From the NCBI GenBank assembly GCA_964427275.1, contig CAYRSR010000004.1, forward strand, positions 2,769-66,768: a stretch of DNA of 64,000 bases, written 5' to 3'. Position numbers and translations under genes: made by a program. Under the pieces are notes generated by a model, which worked only from the letters and a program-made list of their open reading frames with translations, ran no database searches and had not been told where the DNA came from. The DNA comes from an uncultured Candidatus Saccharibacteria bacterium (lineage in GTDB: Bacteria > Patescibacteriota > Minisyncoccia > UBA6257 > CAYRSR01). Of the stretch, positions 1 to 9,538 are shown piece by piece. Within the stretch, counting starts at the first letter, position 1. The number at the start of each line of letters is the position of its first letter.

Positions 1-485
1 CTGCTATTGGCACCTCTATTGGTGATGTATTTAATCTTAAAGGACTACGGTATCATAAAATAATTATCATGACTGATGCTGATGTGGATGGGGCTCATAT
101 TCGAACTTTGCTTTTAACTCTATTTTATCGCTACTTTAAGCCGGTAATTGATAATGGACATCTTTACATTGCCCAGCCGCCACTTTATAAAATTCAATCT
201 GGAAAACATATTGAATATGTTTATACTGAATCAGATAAGCAAAGAGTTATAAAAAGTTTTAATCATGAATTTTCAATACAAAGATACAAAGGATTGGGTG
301 AGATGAATCCAGAGCAGTTATGGGAAACTACAATGAATCCAGAAACTCGAATTTTAAAGCAAGTTACTATTGAAGATGCTAAAGAGGCTGATAGATTGTT
401 TGATATTTTAATGGGGGAAGCTGTAGCTCCCAGAAAAAGGTTCATCTTAACTTACGCTACTGCAGTGAAAAATCTAGATATATAA
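1..485 (+). CDS. gyrB: DNA gyrase subunit B, C-terminal part (5' truncated by window)
   Basis: [17 protein letters not shown] and [19 protein letters not shown] motifs; frame open back to the window start. Confidence 0.95.
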   Translation, partial: AIGTSIGDVFNLKGLRYHKIIIMTDADVDGAHIRTLLLTLFYRYFKPVIDNGHLYIAQPPLYKIQSGKHIEYVYTESDKQRVIKSFNHEFSIQRYKGLGEMNPEQLWETTMNPETRILKQVTIEDAKEADRLFDILMGEAVAPRKRFILTYATAVKNLDI

Positions 486-486
486 T

Positions 487-672
487 ATGTTAAATAAGAT
501 AACCAGGTTTTTGAGAGAAAGTCGAGTAGAATTTAAAAGGGTAAACTGGCCTACCTTTAATCGTACCATGCATTATACTCTGGTAGTAGTTGGACTTAGT
601 TTAACTTTGGCTGTTTTTCTAGGAATATTGGATTTTGTTTTTGTTTATATTTTAAGAAAATTTTTTGTTTAA
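487..672 (+). CDS. secE: Preprotein translocase subunit SecE
   Basis: EFKRVNWPT motif plus one TM helix; upstream of nusG. Confidence 0.93.
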   Translation: MLNKITRFLRESRVEFKRVNWPTFNRTMHYTLVVVGLSLTLAVFLGILDFVFVYILRKFFV

Positions 673-673
673 T

Positions 674-1222
674 ATGGTTAAGTTTCCGGAAGAAACTAAA
701 GCAAAATGGTATGCAGTTTATACTTACCCTGGTCATGAGGATGCGGTGGTAAGGTATATAAAACAAAGAGTTGAATCATTAGAAATGGAAGATAAAATTT
801 TTGATGCAATTGTTCCCAGAGAAAAGAAGATAAAAATTGTTAGAGGAAAAAGGCAAGTGGTTGACGAAAAAATTTATCCAGGATATGTTTTAGTAAAGAT
901 GATTATGGATGAAGATTCCTGGTATGTGGTTAGAAATACGCCTAGAGTCTCGGGCTTTGTTGGATCTGATCCAAGCCATCCGACTCCATTATCTGCTCAG
1001 GAAGTAGAGAGCTTGATGGAGAGAATGGGAAAAAAAGAAGTTGAATTTGAGATTAATTTAAAACCTGGTGATACGGTAAAAATCCTTCAAGGTCCGCTAA
1101 GAGATAAGGAGGGCACTGTAGCAGAAATTGACCAAAAACAGAATAAAGTAAAAGTAAAAATTCCAATTTTTGGTAGAGAAACTACCGTAGAATTAGATGT
1201 ATTGCAAGTTAAAAGGGTCTAA
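674..1222 (+). CDS. nusG: Transcription termination/antitermination factor NusG
   Basis: WYAVYT, IYPGYVLV, VRNTPRVSGFVG, KOW C-terminus IFGRETTVEL; ATG at 674. Confidence 0.97.
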   Translation: MVKFPEETKAKWYAVYTYPGHEDAVVRYIKQRVESLEMEDKIFDAIVPREKKIKIVRGKRQVVDEKIYPGYVLVKMIMDEDSWYVVRNTPRVSGFVGSDPSHPTPLSAQEVESLMERMGKKEVEFEINLKPGDTVKILQGPLRDKEGTVAEIDQKQNKVKVKIPIFGRETTVELDVLQVKRV

Positions 1223-1232
1223 AATTGTATAG

Positions 1233-1262
1233 CACGTTTTATAGCACGTTGCATAAAACGTG
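1233..1262. repeat. Hairpin and short tandem repeat in the nusG-rplK spacer
   Basis: CACGTTTTAT (1233-1242) / ATAAAACGTG (1253-1262) perfect 10-bp inverted repeat; TATAGCACGTT occurs twice in tandem. Confidence 0.7.
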
Positions 1263-1272
1263 GCATAATATC

Positions 1273-1698
1273 ATGAAAGAAATTAAAACAATTCTAAAAT
1301 TACAAATAAAAGCTGGGCAGGCCAATCCAGCTCCCCCGCTGGGACCAGCTTTAGCCTCGCATGGGATAAATATAGCTGATTTCTGTAATAAATTTAATCA
1401 ACAAACTAAAGATTTAGGAGGTGATTTGGTTTCAGTAGAATTAAAGATTTATAAAGATCGTTCTTTTGATTTCAAAATTAAAACCCCACCAACCTCTTAT
1501 TTACTAAAAAAGGCAGCTGGAATTGAAAAGGGTTCTGGAGAACCTCATAAAACTAAGGTAGGAAAAGTTACCAGAGCAGACTTAATTAAAATAGCTGAAA
1601 GAAAGTTGCCAGATTTAAACACTGATAGCATTGAACAAGCTATAAAGATTGTTGAAGGTACTGCTAAACAGATGGGAATAGAAATAATAGAAGAATAA
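1273..1698 (+). CDS. rplK: 50S ribosomal protein L11
   Basis: ANPAPPLGPALA, FCNKFN, KTPPTSYLLKKAAG; ATG at 1273. Confidence 0.97.
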   Translation: MKEIKTILKLQIKAGQANPAPPLGPALASHGINIADFCNKFNQQTKDLGGDLVSVELKIYKDRSFDFKIKTPPTSYLLKKAAGIEKGSGEPHKTKVGKVTRADLIKIAERKLPDLNTDSIEQAIKIVEGTAKQMGIEIIEE

Positions 1699-1720
1699 TA
1701 AATAGCAATTTCTTAAACAT

Positions 1721-2362
1721 ATGTTTATTGTTTTTGAAGGAGGAGAAGGTAGTGGAAAAACTACCCAGGTTAAACTGCTAGCTAGAAAGCTAAAACAAAA
1801 TGGATATAAGGTATTGATTACTCATGAACCAGGTGGAACTGATCTTGGATTAAAAATAAGAAAACTACTTTTATTTTCCAGAAAACCAGTTGTTCCTCGA
1901 GCCGAGTTGTTTCTTTTTTTGGCTGACCGTGCCCAACATGTTGAAGAAGTGATAAGGCCAGCTTTAAAGCAGGGCAAGATTGTTATTTCGGATAGGTTTT
2001 CTGGAAGTACATTTGCTTATCAGTATTATGCTCGTCAGCTGGAAAATTTTGATGAAATTGAATTTTTAGATAAGTATGCTCGCCATGAAATCTGGCCAGA
2101 TTTAACCATTCTTTTAGATGTTCCTTGCGAAGTTGGCTTAGCTAGAATTAAGAAAGACATAGCTAAAAAGAATAGTGTAAGAGATTTAACTGGTAAAAAA
2201 GGAATGAGCAGTTTTGAACTGGAATCTTTGGATTTTCATAAAAGACTAAGAGAGGGATATCTTCGTTTAGCTAAAAGGTATCACTGGAAAGTGATTGATG
2301 CAACTTTGCCAGTAGATAGAATTGCATCTCTTGTCTGGAAAGAAGTAGAAAAAATTTTATGA
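1721..2362 (+). CDS. tmk: Thymidylate kinase
   Basis: FEGGEGSGKTT P-loop, EPGG, DRAQH, SDRF, PDLTILLDV. Confidence 0.95.
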   Translation: MFIVFEGGEGSGKTTQVKLLARKLKQNGYKVLITHEPGGTDLGLKIRKLLLFSRKPVVPRAELFLFLADRAQHVEEVIRPALKQGKIVISDRFSGSTFAYQYYARQLENFDEIEFLDKYARHEIWPDLTILLDVPCEVGLARIKKDIAKKNSVRDLTGKKGMSSFELESLDFHKRLREGYLRLAKRYHWKVIDATLPVDRIASLVWKEVEKIL

Positions 2363-3786
2363 AATATATTCCTGTCATTGGATTGGAAATTCATTTTGAA
2401 CTTAATACTAAAACTAAAATGTTTTGTTCTTGCTTGAATACTGAGGCTACTTTGCCCAATTCTAATGTTTGTCCAATTTGTCTGGGTCATCCTGGTACAT
2501 TGCCAACTATTAATCCTGAAGCAGTAGAAAAGGTAATTAAAGTTGGCCTAGCTACAAATTGTCAGATTTCTGACTTTTCATTTTTTGAAAGAAAAAATTA
2601 TTTTTACCCTGATTTGCCTAAAGGGTACCAGATTTCTCAATATACTTATCCATTATGTCAAAATGGTTATCTAGTGTTTAGTTCAAATTCAGATTTAAGT
2701 AAATTGGTAAAAATTAGAATTAATCGGATACATCTGGAAGAAGATACTGCTAAGTCTGTACATTTTGAAAGCTATTCTTTAATTGACTTTAATCGTGCCG
2801 GAATACCTTTAGCTGAACTGGTTACTGAACCAGAGATTAAAACTCCAAGACAAGCTAAATTATTTGCACAGGAGCTGCAGAAAATTTTAAGATACTTAGA
2901 GGTCTCTAATGCAGATATGGAAAAAGGACAAATGAGAGTTGAAGCTAATGTATCTTTGATTTCTCCTAATTCCAAAGAACTAGGAACTAAAGTTGAAATT
3001 AAAAATCTTAATTCATTTAGAGCAGTTGAAGATGGATTAAATTATGAAATTGAAAGACAATCCCAACTTCTCAATCGAGGAGAAAAAGTAATTCAAGAAA
3101 CTAGAGGATGGGATGCTAAGCAACAAAAAACTTTTCCTCAGAGGAGTAAAGAATATGCTCCTGATTACAAATATTTTCCTGAACCGGATTTAATTCCTAT
3201 AAAAGTAAGTCAGGTTTTAGATTTAAAGAGGATTAAAAAAACTATCCCGGAATTGCCTAGACAAAAACTAACAAGGTTTCAAAAACAATATCAGTTAACT
3301 GCAAAACAAGCTAATCAGTTAGTTGGCGATAAACAAGTTGCAGATTTTTTTGAGCAAGCTGCCTCAAAGACCAAAAATTATCAGTTATTATTTAACTACT
3401 TTACTACTGATTTGATGGGATTAATCGAGAAAAAGAAAGTTGATTTATCTGAAATAGATCCTGAATACTTATCTCAATTAATTAACCTGCTGGAAGCAAA
3501 AAAAATTAGAAGTCCCCAGGCCAAAGCAATTCTTAGTTTAATGGTGGAAACTAAAAAAAGTCCTCAACAAATCATTGAGCAGGAAAAAATTGGATTAATT
3601 AGTGATTTAGAAGAGTTAACTCAAATTGTTGAAAAGGTAATTGCCAATAATTCTAAAGCAGTTGAAGATTTTAAAAAAGGAAAGCTAACTGCCTTGCAAT
3701 ACTTAATAGGTCAGACAATGAAAGAAACTAAAGGACAGGTTGATCCTCAGCAAATTAAAAAAATTTTACAAGAAAAATTGACTTAA
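2359..3786 (+). CDS. gatB: Asp/Glu-tRNA amidotransferase subunit B
   Basis: VIGLEIH, RKNYFYPDLPKGYQISQY, HLEED, DFNRAGIPL, VEIKNLNSF. Confidence 0.97.
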   Translation: MKYIPVIGLEIHFELNTKTKMFCSCLNTEATLPNSNVCPICLGHPGTLPTINPEAVEKVIKVGLATNCQISDFSFFERKNYFYPDLPKGYQISQYTYPLCQNGYLVFSSNSDLSKLVKIRINRIHLEEDTAKSVHFESYSLIDFNRAGIPLAELVTEPEIKTPRQAKLFAQELQKILRYLEVSNADMEKGQMRVEANVSLISPNSKELGTKVEIKNLNSFRAVEDGLNYEIERQSQLLNRGEKVIQETRGWDAKQQKTFPQRSKEYAPDYKYFPEPDLIPIKVSQVLDLKRIKKTIPELPRQKLTRFQKQYQLTAKQANQLVGDKQVADFFEQAASKTKNYQLLFNYFTTDLMGLIEKKKVDLSEIDPEYLSQLINLLEAKKIRSPQAKAILSLMVETKKSPQQIIEQEKIGLISDLEELTQIVEKVIANNSKAVEDFKKGKLTALQYLIGQTMKETKGQVDPQQIKKILQEKLT

Positions 3787-3822
3787 ATGTTGGTTTAAAT
3801 TAAGATTATAATAAATAATAAA

Positions 3823-4407
3823 ATGAGCAATTCTGAAAAATTGAAACGAGAAAGAACTTTGGTTTTAATTAAGCCAGATGCAATAAAACGAGGGTTGGTC
3901 GGCGAAATTATTAGAAGAATAGAGCAAAGAGGACTTAAGATTGTAGCTTTAAAGATGTTTCAGCCAAACCCGGATGATTTTAAAGAACATTATCCAGAAA
4001 CCGAGGAATATTTAAGGATTTTAGGTCGGAAGACCTTAGAAGATTATCGACAGTCCAATCTCGATGTTAAAAAAGAATTAGGAACTGATGATGAACTTGA
4101 GTTGGGAAAGTTGATTAGAGGTTGGCTGGTGGAGTTTATGTGCTCTGGGCCACTAATAAAAATGGTAGTAGAAGGATTACATGCAGTAAAAATGGTCAGG
4201 AAATTAGTTGGTTCTACTATGCCTGCTGATGCTGAGATGGGAACTATCCGGGGAGATTTCTCTGTGGATTCAGCTATTTTAGCTAATTCTCAAAAGAGAG
4301 CAGTTCATAATTTAGTTCATGCATCTGGAACTTTGGAAGAAGCAAAAAAAGAAATAAATTTGTGGTTTTCTCCGGAAGAAATTCAGGAATATGATTTAAA
4401 AATATGA
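3823..4407 (+). CDS. ndk: Nucleoside diphosphate kinase (long form with internal insertion)
   Basis: ERTLVLIKPDA, GTIRGDF, NLVHASG. Confidence 0.95.
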   Translation: MSNSEKLKRERTLVLIKPDAIKRGLVGEIIRRIEQRGLKIVALKMFQPNPDDFKEHYPETEEYLRILGRKTLEDYRQSNLDVKKELGTDDELELGKLIRGWLVEFMCSGPLIKMVVEGLHAVKMVRKLVGSTMPADAEMGTIRGDFSVDSAILANSQKRAVHNLVHASGTLEEAKKEINLWFSPEEIQEYDLKI

Positions 4408-5036
4408 CTAAAATCGCTATCTTTTTAATTATTTTGGTAGCTGCTTTGGGAATTTGTTATTTCTATTATCGACAGAAATCTGAATTGAAATCTAAACCTT
4501 TGCCAGTTTCTACTACTAAGAAAGTGGTAATGGTTATAGCCTGGAGAGGTTTTAGAAGTGAGGAGTATTTTGAGCCCAAAAGGATTTTGGAACAAGCAGG
4601 TGTAGTAGTAAAAACAGCTTCAGTAGAAAAAGGAATTGCCAAAGGAACTGGAATAGGAAGTACCAAGATAGATTTACTGATAGGAGAAATTAATCCTCTG
4701 GACTTTGATGCAGTAATTTTTGTTGGTGGACCTCAAGCATTGCAATACCTGGATAATCAGAATTCTTATAGAATAATTAGGGAAACTGTTAAGTGTGGAA
4801 AAATTTTAGCTGCAATTTGCATATCACCTACAATTTTGGCTAAATCTGGAGTACTTCAAGGTAAAAAAGCTACAGTCTGGTATTCTGCAGTGAATAGGCA
4901 GCCAATTGAAATACTTAAAGAAAATGGGGCAAATTTTGTAGACCAGGATGTGGTTCAGGACGGAAATATAATTACTGCTAATGGTCCTGGAGCAGCCAAG
5001 AAATTTGGAAAAGCTATACTTGAAGCTCTGCGCTAA
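4404..5036 (+). CDS. DJ-1/PfpI family protein with N-terminal membrane anchor
   Basis: FDAVIFVGG, AAICISP nucleophile elbow, DGNIITANGP; hydrophobic N-terminus. Confidence 0.88.
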   Translation: MTKIAIFLIILVAALGICYFYYRQKSELKSKPLPVSTTKKVVMVIAWRGFRSEEYFEPKRILEQAGVVVKTASVEKGIAKGTGIGSTKIDLLIGEINPLDFDAVIFVGGPQALQYLDNQNSYRIIRETVKCGKILAAICISPTILAKSGVLQGKKATVWYSAVNRQPIEILKENGANFVDQDVVQDGNIITANGPGAAKKFGKAILEALR

Positions 5037-5094
5037 TTGTTTATACTTTTTTTAACTTTAAGTACCAATTCTGAAATTGGGACTAGTTAAAATT

Positions 5095-6849
5095 ATGATT
5101 AAAAACATCAGAAATTTTGTTATTCTTTCTCATGTTGATCATGGAAAGTCAACCTTAGCTGACCGCTTTTTGGAATTGACCAATACTATTCCAAAAGAAA
5201 AAATGATTCCCCAGTTTTTAGATAAGATGGACCTAGAAAGAAGAAGGGGAATTACCATTAAAATGCACCCAGTTCGAATGCTTTATCATAACTACATCTT
5301 AAATTTAATAGATACTCCAGGTCATGTAGATTTTTCTTACGAAGTTGAAAGAAGTTTAAAAGCAGTAGAAGGAGCAATTTTACTGGTTGATGCTACCAAG
5401 GGAATTCAAGCTCAAACTTTGTCAAATTATTATTTGGCTAAGAAAAATAATTTAACAATTATTCCAGTAGTTAATAAAATTGATTTAGTCTGTGCTAGAG
5501 TTGAAGAAACTAAGAAAGAATTAATCCAGCTTACCGGTGAAGATGAGGTGTATCTAGTTTCAGCAAAACTTGGAATCGGAGTGGAGAAATTACTTCGAGC
5601 GGTAATTGACAAAATTCCTTCACCAAAGGCAAATGAAGATACCTTTAAATCTTTAGTTTTTGATTCTTTATATGATGAGCATCGAGGGGTTGTAGTTTTT
5701 ATTAGAGTTTTTAGTGGGAAGATTGGGCTTGGTCAGCAGGTAAAATTCTTGAATTCTAATGAGTTAGCTAAAGTAGTTGAATTAGGAATATTTAGACCAG
5801 AGTTTTTGCCAGTTCCAGAATTATCAGCTGGGGAAATTGGCTATTTAGCTACTGGAATAAAACAAGCCAGGAATTATTTGATTGGAGATACGCTGGTTGA
5901 GTTTAAACCTGAAATTGTAAAGCCTATTGCTGGTTACAAAAAACCTCAACCAAAAGTTTTTGCCAGTTTTTATTGTTTAAATCAGCCCATAGACAAGTTT
6001 AAGAAAGTTCTGGAAAAAATTTGTTTGACTGACCCGGCTTTTGGATTTGAACCAGAGGCATCCGAGCTGGGAAATGGGTTTCGTTGTTCTTTTTTAGGAA
6101 CCCTTCATTTAGACATTATTAAGGAAAGACTAGAAGAACTTGGAATGGATTTAATAGTTTGTTCCCCATCGGTTAGATATCAGTTGATTTTAAAGTCAAG
6201 AGAAGTAATTTTTGCTGATTCTTTGGATAAATTTCCGCCAGCAGAAAAAATAAGTCAGATAAAAGAGCCATGGATAAATCTAGAAATTTTTTCTCCACCT
6301 AAGTACTTGTCAGCAATTATTGATCTAGTCAAAAAGTTTGGAGGAAATTATTTAGGTAGTGATAGTTTAGGAGAGGGAATTAGATTAAAATTTGAGCTTC
6401 CTTTGGTTTCTTTACTAAGAGGCTTTTATGATAGCTTAAAAAGCATATCTTCTGGCTTTGCTTCTCTAAGTTATAAACTAGCAGGTTACCGAGAAAATAA
6501 CTTACAAAGAGTTGACATAAAAGTTGCCGACAAAATAATATCAGCGTTTTCTTTCATTGTTCCTGGTCAATTTGCCTACTTGGAAAGTAGAAAAAAATTG
6601 GTAAGATTAAAAAAAGTTATTCCAAGACAATTATTTGAAGTAAAACTTCAGGCCTGCATTGGTTCAAGAGTTATTGCTAAAGAAGTAATTAAACCCTTAA
6701 GAAAGGATGTGTTAGCTAAGCTTTATGGTGGAGATAGAACTAGAAAGAACAAATTACTGGAAAAACAAAAACTTGGTAAAAAGAAACTCAAAAAAATTGG
6801 TAAAGTAAGAATTCCTCAACAAGCTTTTTATGAAATTCTTAAATTATGA
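5095..6849 (+). CDS. lepA: Elongation factor 4 (LepA)
   Basis: HVDHGKSTLADR, RGITIK, DTPGHVDF, RKDVLAKLYGGD; ATG at 5095. Confidence 0.95.
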   Translation: MIKNIRNFVILSHVDHGKSTLADRFLELTNTIPKEKMIPQFLDKMDLERRRGITIKMHPVRMLYHNYILNLIDTPGHVDFSYEVERSLKAVEGAILLVDATKGIQAQTLSNYYLAKKNNLTIIPVVNKIDLVCARVEETKKELIQLTGEDEVYLVSAKLGIGVEKLLRAVIDKIPSPKANEDTFKSLVFDSLYDEHRGVVVFIRVFSGKIGLGQQVKFLNSNELAKVVELGIFRPEFLPVPELSAGEIGYLATGIKQARNYLIGDTLVEFKPEIVKPIAGYKKPQPKVFASFYCLNQPIDKFKKVLEKICLTDPAFGFEPEASELGNGFRCSFLGTLHLDIIKERLEELGMDLIVCSPSVRYQLILKSREVIFADSLDKFPPAEKISQIKEPWINLEIFSPPKYLSAIIDLVKKFGGNYLGSDSLGEGIRLKFELPLVSLLRGFYDSLKSISSGFASLSYKLAGYRENNLQRVDIKVADKIISAFSFIVPGQFAYLESRKKLVRLKKVIPRQLFEVKLQACIGSRVIAKEVIKPLRKDVLAKLYGGDRTRKNKLLEKQKLGKKKLKKIGKVRIPQQAFYEILKL

Positions 6850-7676
6850 GGAAAGTTTATATTCTTAATGCTAAAGGAGAAAAGGAATTGTTTTCAAAAG
6901 CTAAAGTTTATCGTTCTTTGATAAAAACCGGTGTTAAGGCTAATATTGCTAAAGTTATTTGCAAAGAGATTGAAAAAGTTGTTTATTCTGGAATGAAAAC
7001 TTCCGAAATTTTTAAAAAAGTAAGACAACTACTTAAAAGATATTCTCCTCAAACAGCTTTAAAGTACAATTTAAGGGAAGGTATGAGAAAACTTGGACCA
7101 ACTGGATTTCCTTTTGAGAAATATGTTGGCAGAATTCTGGAGAGCCTTGGTTTTAAAGTGAAGCTTAATCAAAGACTGGATGGAAAATGCTTTAAAGGAT
7201 ATGAGATAGATTTTATAGCTCAAAATAAATATTTTTATATTGGAGAATGCAAGTACCATCAGTTTATTGGAAAAAGAGTTCATTTACCTACAATTTTAGC
7301 TTTTAAGGCAAAATTTACGGATTTAAAAAAGAAGGATTTGAAAAACAAAAGAGCAATTCCAATCTTGGTTACCAATACTAAGTTCAGTAATAACAGTATC
7401 AAATTTTCAAAATGTGCTGGGATTAAGCTACTTGGCTGGAAGTATCCTGAAAAACAAGGATTAGAAGATTTAATTGCTCAAAAAAATCTATATCCAGTTA
7501 CAGTTTTGTCGATTAAAAAAGACTTACTGGATATTTTAGTGTCCGAAAAATTAATGCTGGCTCAGGATTTGTTAAAAATTGACTCTTTTAAATTCTGTAA
7601 GAAATACAAGATAAAAATAGAAAGGTTTAACCGAATTATAAAGCAAGCTAGAATGTTACTCTATGGCAAAACTTAA
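6846..7676 (+). CDS. ATP-cone plus restriction-endonuclease-like (Mrr-type PD-(D/E)XK) protein
   Basis: N-terminal ATP-cone-like segment; GFPFEKYV, EIDFIA, ECKYH, LVTNTKFS. Confidence 0.75.
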   Translation: MRKVYILNAKGEKELFSKAKVYRSLIKTGVKANIAKVICKEIEKVVYSGMKTSEIFKKVRQLLKRYSPQTALKYNLREGMRKLGPTGFPFEKYVGRILESLGFKVKLNQRLDGKCFKGYEIDFIAQNKYFYIGECKYHQFIGKRVHLPTILAFKAKFTDLKKKDLKNKRAIPILVTNTKFSNNSIKFSKCAGIKLLGWKYPEKQGLEDLIAQKNLYPVTVLSIKKDLLDILVSEKLMLAQDLLKIDSFKFCKKYKIKIERFNRIIKQARMLLYGKT

Positions 7677-7678
7677 AA

Positions 7679-8974
7679 ATGAATAATCTAACCGGCTTAT
7701 TTTTTAAAACTTTAAATAGTGTTAAAAAGGATAAATTTTTAGTTAGTAGTGCTATTTTTTTTGGAGGCAGCCTTTTAGCAAGTGCTGGCAATTATCTTTT
7801 TCATTTTTTAATGGCTAGAATGTTAGCTATTGAAACTTATGGCGAGCTTCAATCTTTAATAGCAGTTTTTGTTATTATTGGTATTCCAGTTTCTGCTTTG
7901 TCTACTGTTTTAGTAAAATATACAGCTGACTTTAAGGCGAAGCAGCAGTTAGGTAAAGTTTTTAGCCTACTTTCTTTTTTTACTAAAAAAGCATTGTTTA
8001 TTGGAATAATATTTCTAGTAGTTTTTTTAATTTTTAATGGTTATATTGCAAATTTTTTAAAGTTAACTTCTGGCTTACCAGTAATGATTTTAGCTATTAG
8101 CTTCTTGGTAGTATTTCCACGTTCCATTAACTATGGCATTATAAGAGGATTAGAAAAATTTAAATTTGCTTCAATTGTTCTTGTTGCTGAAGTTTTTTTG
8201 AAGATAGTGTTGGCAGTATTGCTGGTAAAAATAGGACTTACTTTAAATGGAGTTGTTGGCGCTGTTGTTTTGGCTGGTGTGATTAGTTATTTTATTAGTT
8301 TTTTTCCTTTGAGGTATCTATTTAAAGAGAAAAAGGAAAAAATTGAAACTAGAAAAATTTTAAAATATTTTTTCCCAACTTTTTTTATTTTGTTGTTTAT
8401 AACCTTGCTTTATAATATGGATGTTGTTTTAGTTAAACACTTTTTTTCAGCTAAGACTGCTGGAGAATATGGAGCTCTGGCTGTAATTGGTCGAATTATT
8501 TTTTTTATTGGAGGGCCAATAGTATCGGTAATGTTTCCAATGACTGCTTCTGCCTATACCAGCAGAAGTAGCTCTACCAAAATTTTTAAAAAGAGTATTT
8601 TTTTGGTTAGCTTAGTTGGACTGATTGTTTTAGTTTTTTATTTTATTTTTCCAAATTTTGTTATTAAAATGTTGGTTGGCAGCAAGTTTTTAGCTATCGG
8701 CAAGTTTTTGGGTTGGTTTGGAATAGCAATGTTTTTATGTTCTTTGGTTAATCTGTTTTTGCAATATTTTCTTTCTATTGGTAAAACAAAGTGCGTTTAC
8801 TTGGTAGTAACAGGAGTATTGTTGCAGGTAGTGTTGATTTCAGCTTTTCATAATAGTTTATGGCAAGTTATCTTTATAATGAATTCGGTAATGTTTTTGA
8901 CATTAATGCTGTTGGTGGGGTATTATTTAAGGGTTAGTCGGCAAAAGGCTACGGTTATGAAGCCGGTATTGTGA
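7679..8974 (+). CDS. Wzx/MOP family oligosaccharide flippase
   Basis: Many TM segments, MOP-type DVVLVKHFF...AGEY motif; first gene of a glycosyltransferase cluster. Confidence 0.85.
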   Translation: MNNLTGLFFKTLNSVKKDKFLVSSAIFFGGSLLASAGNYLFHFLMARMLAIETYGELQSLIAVFVIIGIPVSALSTVLVKYTADFKAKQQLGKVFSLLSFFTKKALFIGIIFLVVFLIFNGYIANFLKLTSGLPVMILAISFLVVFPRSINYGIIRGLEKFKFASIVLVAEVFLKIVLAVLLVKIGLTLNGVVGAVVLAGVISYFISFFPLRYLFKEKKEKIETRKILKYFFPTFFILLFITLLYNMDVVLVKHFFSAKTAGEYGALAVIGRIIFFIGGPIVSVMFPMTASAYTSRSSSTKIFKKSIFLVSLVGLIVLVFYFIFPNFVIKMLVGSKFLAIGKFLGWFGIAMFLCSLVNLFLQYFLSIGKTKCVYLVVTGVLLQVVLISAFHNSLWQVIFIMNSVMFLTLMLLVGYYLRVSRQKATVMKPVL

Positions 8975-8996
8975 GGTGTAAAGAGTAAGGCGTAAT

Positions 8997-9416
8997 ATGG
9001 AAAATAATCAAAATAGAAAACCAATAACAAGCTTTAGAGATTTAGAAGTTTATCAAAATACTTACAAAGCAATGCTAATAGTGATGAAAGAAATTATATC
9101 AAAATTGCCTGATTCTGAGAAGTACGATCTAAAAGACCAATTAAGTAGATCTTGTAAGGCCATCCCGCGATTAATTGCAGAAGGATATGCAAAACGGCAC
9201 CAGAGAGCAGGATTTCAGAAATATTTAGATGATGCAATGGGCGAATGTAATGAAACTATTGTTAGTTTGGAACAATGTCGCGATATTTATGAGGTGGATA
9301 AAAGTTTGATTGATAGGTTAGTAGATGTTTATGACAAATCTGGAAGACAACTCTATAGATTGAGTATTGCCTGGGCTAATTTTAAAAGACGTCAAGCACG
9401 ACCATTGAAGAACTAA
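8997..9416 (+). CDS. Four-helix bundle protein (23S rRNA intervening-sequence protein family)
   Basis: SFRDLEVYQ, LPDSEKYDLKDQLSRS, IAEGY, GECNET. Confidence 0.9.
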   Translation: MENNQNRKPITSFRDLEVYQNTYKAMLIVMKEIISKLPDSEKYDLKDQLSRSCKAIPRLIAEGYAKRHQRAGFQKYLDDAMGECNETIVSLEQCRDIYEVDKSLIDRLVDVYDKSGRQLYRLSIAWANFKRRQARPLKN

Positions 9417-9538
9417 CAGTAACGAAATGTGTGTTTTGAAATCGTCAAATATTTAAAGGTTATGCTTACGAAGCCGCCAAACTTTACCGCTGAACGAAAC
9501 GGGCATCGTAACCCATAAACGTTAAACAATTTGCAGTT

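Noticed and set aside
8997-9416. Diversity-generating retroelement (Avd-like gene)
   Set aside because: No reverse transcriptase and no TR/VR pair with adenine-specific mismatches seen in the window.
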